NCBI RefSeq assembly: GCF_002866065.1
Contig: NZ_LNJZ01000008.1
Location: 106,346-146,345 of the forward strand
From: Thiopseudomonas denitrificans
GTDB lineage: Bacteria > Pseudomonadota > Gammaproteobacteria > Pseudomonadales > Pseudomonadaceae
Length of the DNA: 40,000 nt
Reading direction: 5' to 3'
Below the pieces are notes generated by a model. The model had not been told where the DNA came from. It saw nothing but the letters and a program-made list of their open reading frames with translations, and searched no databases. Shown in pieces: positions 38,204-40,000 of the stretch (position 1 is its first letter; each line of letters starts with the position of its first letter). The translations under genes and the position numbers were made by a program.

Positions 38204-38425
38204 TTGTTCATCAACGGTCTGCAACTATGCGGCCAGCAGTACGACCGGTTTGTATGGTGCCTGCTCAACATCCACAAACTGCGAACCGTGATGCGGCACC
38301 TCCGGCAGTTGCTGCAAGAAGAAAGCTTTTACGCAATGCCCGGCCAGAGCCGTGAAGTGCATGCGCTGTTCACCCGCATCCGTCTGCTGGCAGCTGGCGG
38401 CGAGCCGCAGCCAGCAACCCTGTAG
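38204..38425 (+). CDS. small hypothetical protein (73 aa, TTG start)
   Basis: The ORF shows a strong G/C third-position bias typical of the core genome. There is no ATG upstream in frame, so the start is uncertain. No family is recognised. Confidence 0.3.
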   Translation: MFINGLQLCGQQYDRFVWCLLNIHKLRTVMRHLRQLLQEESFYAMPGQSREVHALFTRIRLLAAGGEPQPATL

Positions 38426-38453
38426 TCTCCAGCTCCTGTGCACGCGGACGTGA

Positions 38454-39458
38454 TCAGGCCAGCTGCGATGCCAGTGCGGACAACGCCTCCAGCCCCTGGA
38501 TGTCCTGCTGCTGCAGCTCGACACGCTGGCGCGGCAGACCGGCAAAGCGCTGGTCGATGTCGGCCAGATACTGCTGCTGTTGCTGCAAACGGCTTTGCCA
38601 GAATTCGTTTTCCATCACCTGCTCGGGCATCACGCGGTTGACCAGCAGGCCGGCCACACCGATCTTGCCTTCCTGCAGAGAGTTGACGGCCCGCTCCGTT
38701 TCCATGATGGGCAACCGTTCCGGCGTCAGCACAAACAGGAAACCGGTCTTTTGCGGATCGGTCAACAGATGGCGCATGCGGTGGAACAGCCGCTGGCGCT
38801 CCAGCAATGTGCTGAGCAGCTTTTGCTGGCGGTCATCCAGCTCTTCCACGGCATGGGTAGCGGCATCTCCGGTCAGGCTGTCAATGCTGCGGCCCGGGGT
38901 CAGGTGCTCCAGTACCGAGCCCAGATGCTCGGCCCGCTTGTTGTGCTTGAGCAGCCCTTCGGTCCACACCGACATGACCTCGGGCAGCGTCAGCAGGCGC
39001 AAGGTATGGCCGGTCGGTGCGGTATCGAACACGATCAGGTCATACTGCTGCAGGCCGGCATCCAGCAAGCGGGCCAGGCGCTCAAGAATGGCGGCCTCCT
39101 GTGCGCCCGGTGACTGGCGGGACAGTTGCAGCTGGCGGCGCAGCTCGCCGACCTGGTCCGGATTCACGTACCGGCGCATGTGTGACAGGACGCGTTCCAG
39201 GTAGGCGTCCACCTCCGCATCCGGGTCCAGCTCGAGAACAAACAGGTTTTCCGCAAGGCACAGCTCCTTGCCGCCAATCGGGCGGGCAAAGGCATCCGCA
39301 AGGCTGTGCGCCGGATCGGTGGAAACCAGCAGGGTCTTGCGGCCCAGCTGCGCCGCCTTGACCGCTATGGCACAGGACAGGGTGGTCTTGCCCACCCCGC
39401 CCTTGCCACCACAAAAAAGCACGGACTTGTCCCGCACCAGTTGTTCAATGTTCAGCAT
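38454..39458 (-). CDS. ArsA/GET3-family ATPase
   Basis: Part of ORF 38454..39527. The start is probably the ATG at 39458, with 39479 as an alternative. P-loop CGGKGGVGKTT is present, together with STDPAHSLADAF and DTAPTGHTLRLL. Confidence 0.85.
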   Translation of the reverse strand: MLNIEQLVRDKSVLFCGGKGGVGKTTLSCAIAVKAAQLGRKTLLVSTDPAHSLADAFARPIGGKELCLAENLFVLELDPDAEVDAYLERVLSHMRRYVNPDQVGELRRQLQLSRQSPGAQEAAILERLARLLDAGLQQYDLIVFDTAPTGHTLRLLTLPEVMSVWTEGLLKHNKRAEHLGSVLEHLTPGRSIDSLTGDAATHAVEELDDRQQKLLSTLLERQRLFHRMRHLLTDPQKTGFLFVLTPERLPIMETERAVNSLQEGKIGVAGLLVNRVMPEQVMENEFWQSRLQQQQQYLADIDQRFAGLPRQRVELQQQDIQGLEALSALASQLA

Positions 39459-39520
39459 CTTGGCACCTGCCTGATTCATGCAAGGAGGTACCGGCAGCTG
39501 CCGGCACCCGCCCTGGCCGG

Positions 39521-39796
39521 TTAGCAACAGGAAATATGGTCGAAGGGAGACTTTTCCATGCCCATGCGCACATGCCAGTCGTGAAAACGCTCCAGCAACA
39601 GCGGCTGTAACTCCAGCGTGTACCAGGACGCCGGGTTGGGAATGCCCATCATTTCGGAAAACACCAGCAGCATGAAAAGGTCATCCTCGTCACGCTTGGC
39701 GCGGGCGATGGCCGCCCGGTATGGCGCATTGTAGTAGGTGGTCAGCGCATGGTTTGCCCTGAGCACCCAGTCCTTGATATCACCCAGCTTGCTCAT
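39521..39796 (-). CDS. small protein ending in Cys-Cys, encoded upstream of the ArsA-like ATPase
   Basis: 91-aa ORF with good G/C third-position bias, ending ...SPFDHISCC-stop. It lies about 60 nt upstream of the ArsA-like start on the same strand. Confidence 0.65.
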   Translation of the reverse strand: MSKLGDIKDWVLRANHALTTYYNAPYRAAIARAKRDEDDLFMLLVFSEMMGIPNPASWYTLELQPLLLERFHDWHVRMGMEKSPFDHISCC

Positions 39797-39958
39797 GCCG
39801 GTCTCCCCCGTGCACGTCCAACATAACTTTTATTGTACCCTGCCGCCCTGCCGGACGGTCCGGGCAGGATGCCGCAACGCAAACAGCCCGGATGCCCTTG
39901 TCAGGCGCAATCCGGGCTGTCGGGGTGTCCGGCTGCAGGCCGCAGCCTGCAGCAACGG

Positions 39959-40000
39959 TTAGTTGCTTGCGGCGACTTCGTGCTGCTCCTTGCGCAGCGC
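39959..40000 (-). CDS. 3' end of an unidentified CDS entering from the right edge
   Basis: The minus-strand reading is ...ALRKEQHEVAASN-stop (TAA at 39959-39961), followed by a 9-bp-stem hairpin at 39932-39953. It is too short to identify. Confidence 0.3.
   Translation of the reverse strand, partial: ALRKEQHEVAASN

Noticed and set aside
38068-38277. 69-aa minus-strand ORF spanning attR.
   Set aside because: It crosses the island/core junction and shows poor codon bias. The opposite-strand ORF 38204-38425 fits the core codon usage better.

Overview
High-GC gammaproteobacterial core with an inserted genomic island of about 22.6 kb. From memory, the core gene order matches Pseudomonas: dadA-dadX, rpmBG, radC, coaBC, dut, algC, argB, then pyrE, crc, rph, yicC. 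The island (15502-38101) sits in the last codons of yicC. It is bounded by a 22-bp direct repeat (20/22 identical) that re-creates the YicC C-terminus QIQNIE-stop, with a P4-type tyrosine integrase just inside the left end. The island is a mosaic. (1) A ParE/Phd toxin-antitoxin pair. (2) A module of split-zinc-ribbon protein, DUF932, YqaJ exonuclease, Cys-rich 321-aa protein, 53-aa zinc-ribbon protein and RadC. (3) An integron cassette array with no integrase: four minus-strand cassettes with recognisable attC sites. One is a canonical aadA1. The other three are a SieB-like membrane protein and two orphan proteins carrying HEPN-like Rx4H motifs. The terminal attC is interrupted by a 424-bp element with 16-bp inverted repeats. 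(4) Two convergent N-terminal gene fragments. (5) A Type III R-M operon (mod-res) preceded by a serine recombinase with a res-like site. (6) An IS3 transposase remnant. (7) A YfjJ/inovirus-Gp2-like gene and alpA. (8) A complete ISL3 element whose 8-bp target duplication contains the ATG of an AT-rich orphan 473-aa ORF. To the right of the island lie an ArsA/Get3-like ATPase and a small protein ending in Cys-Cys. All calls come from reading the sequence and recalling protein families. No database search was run, and identity counts are hand counts.
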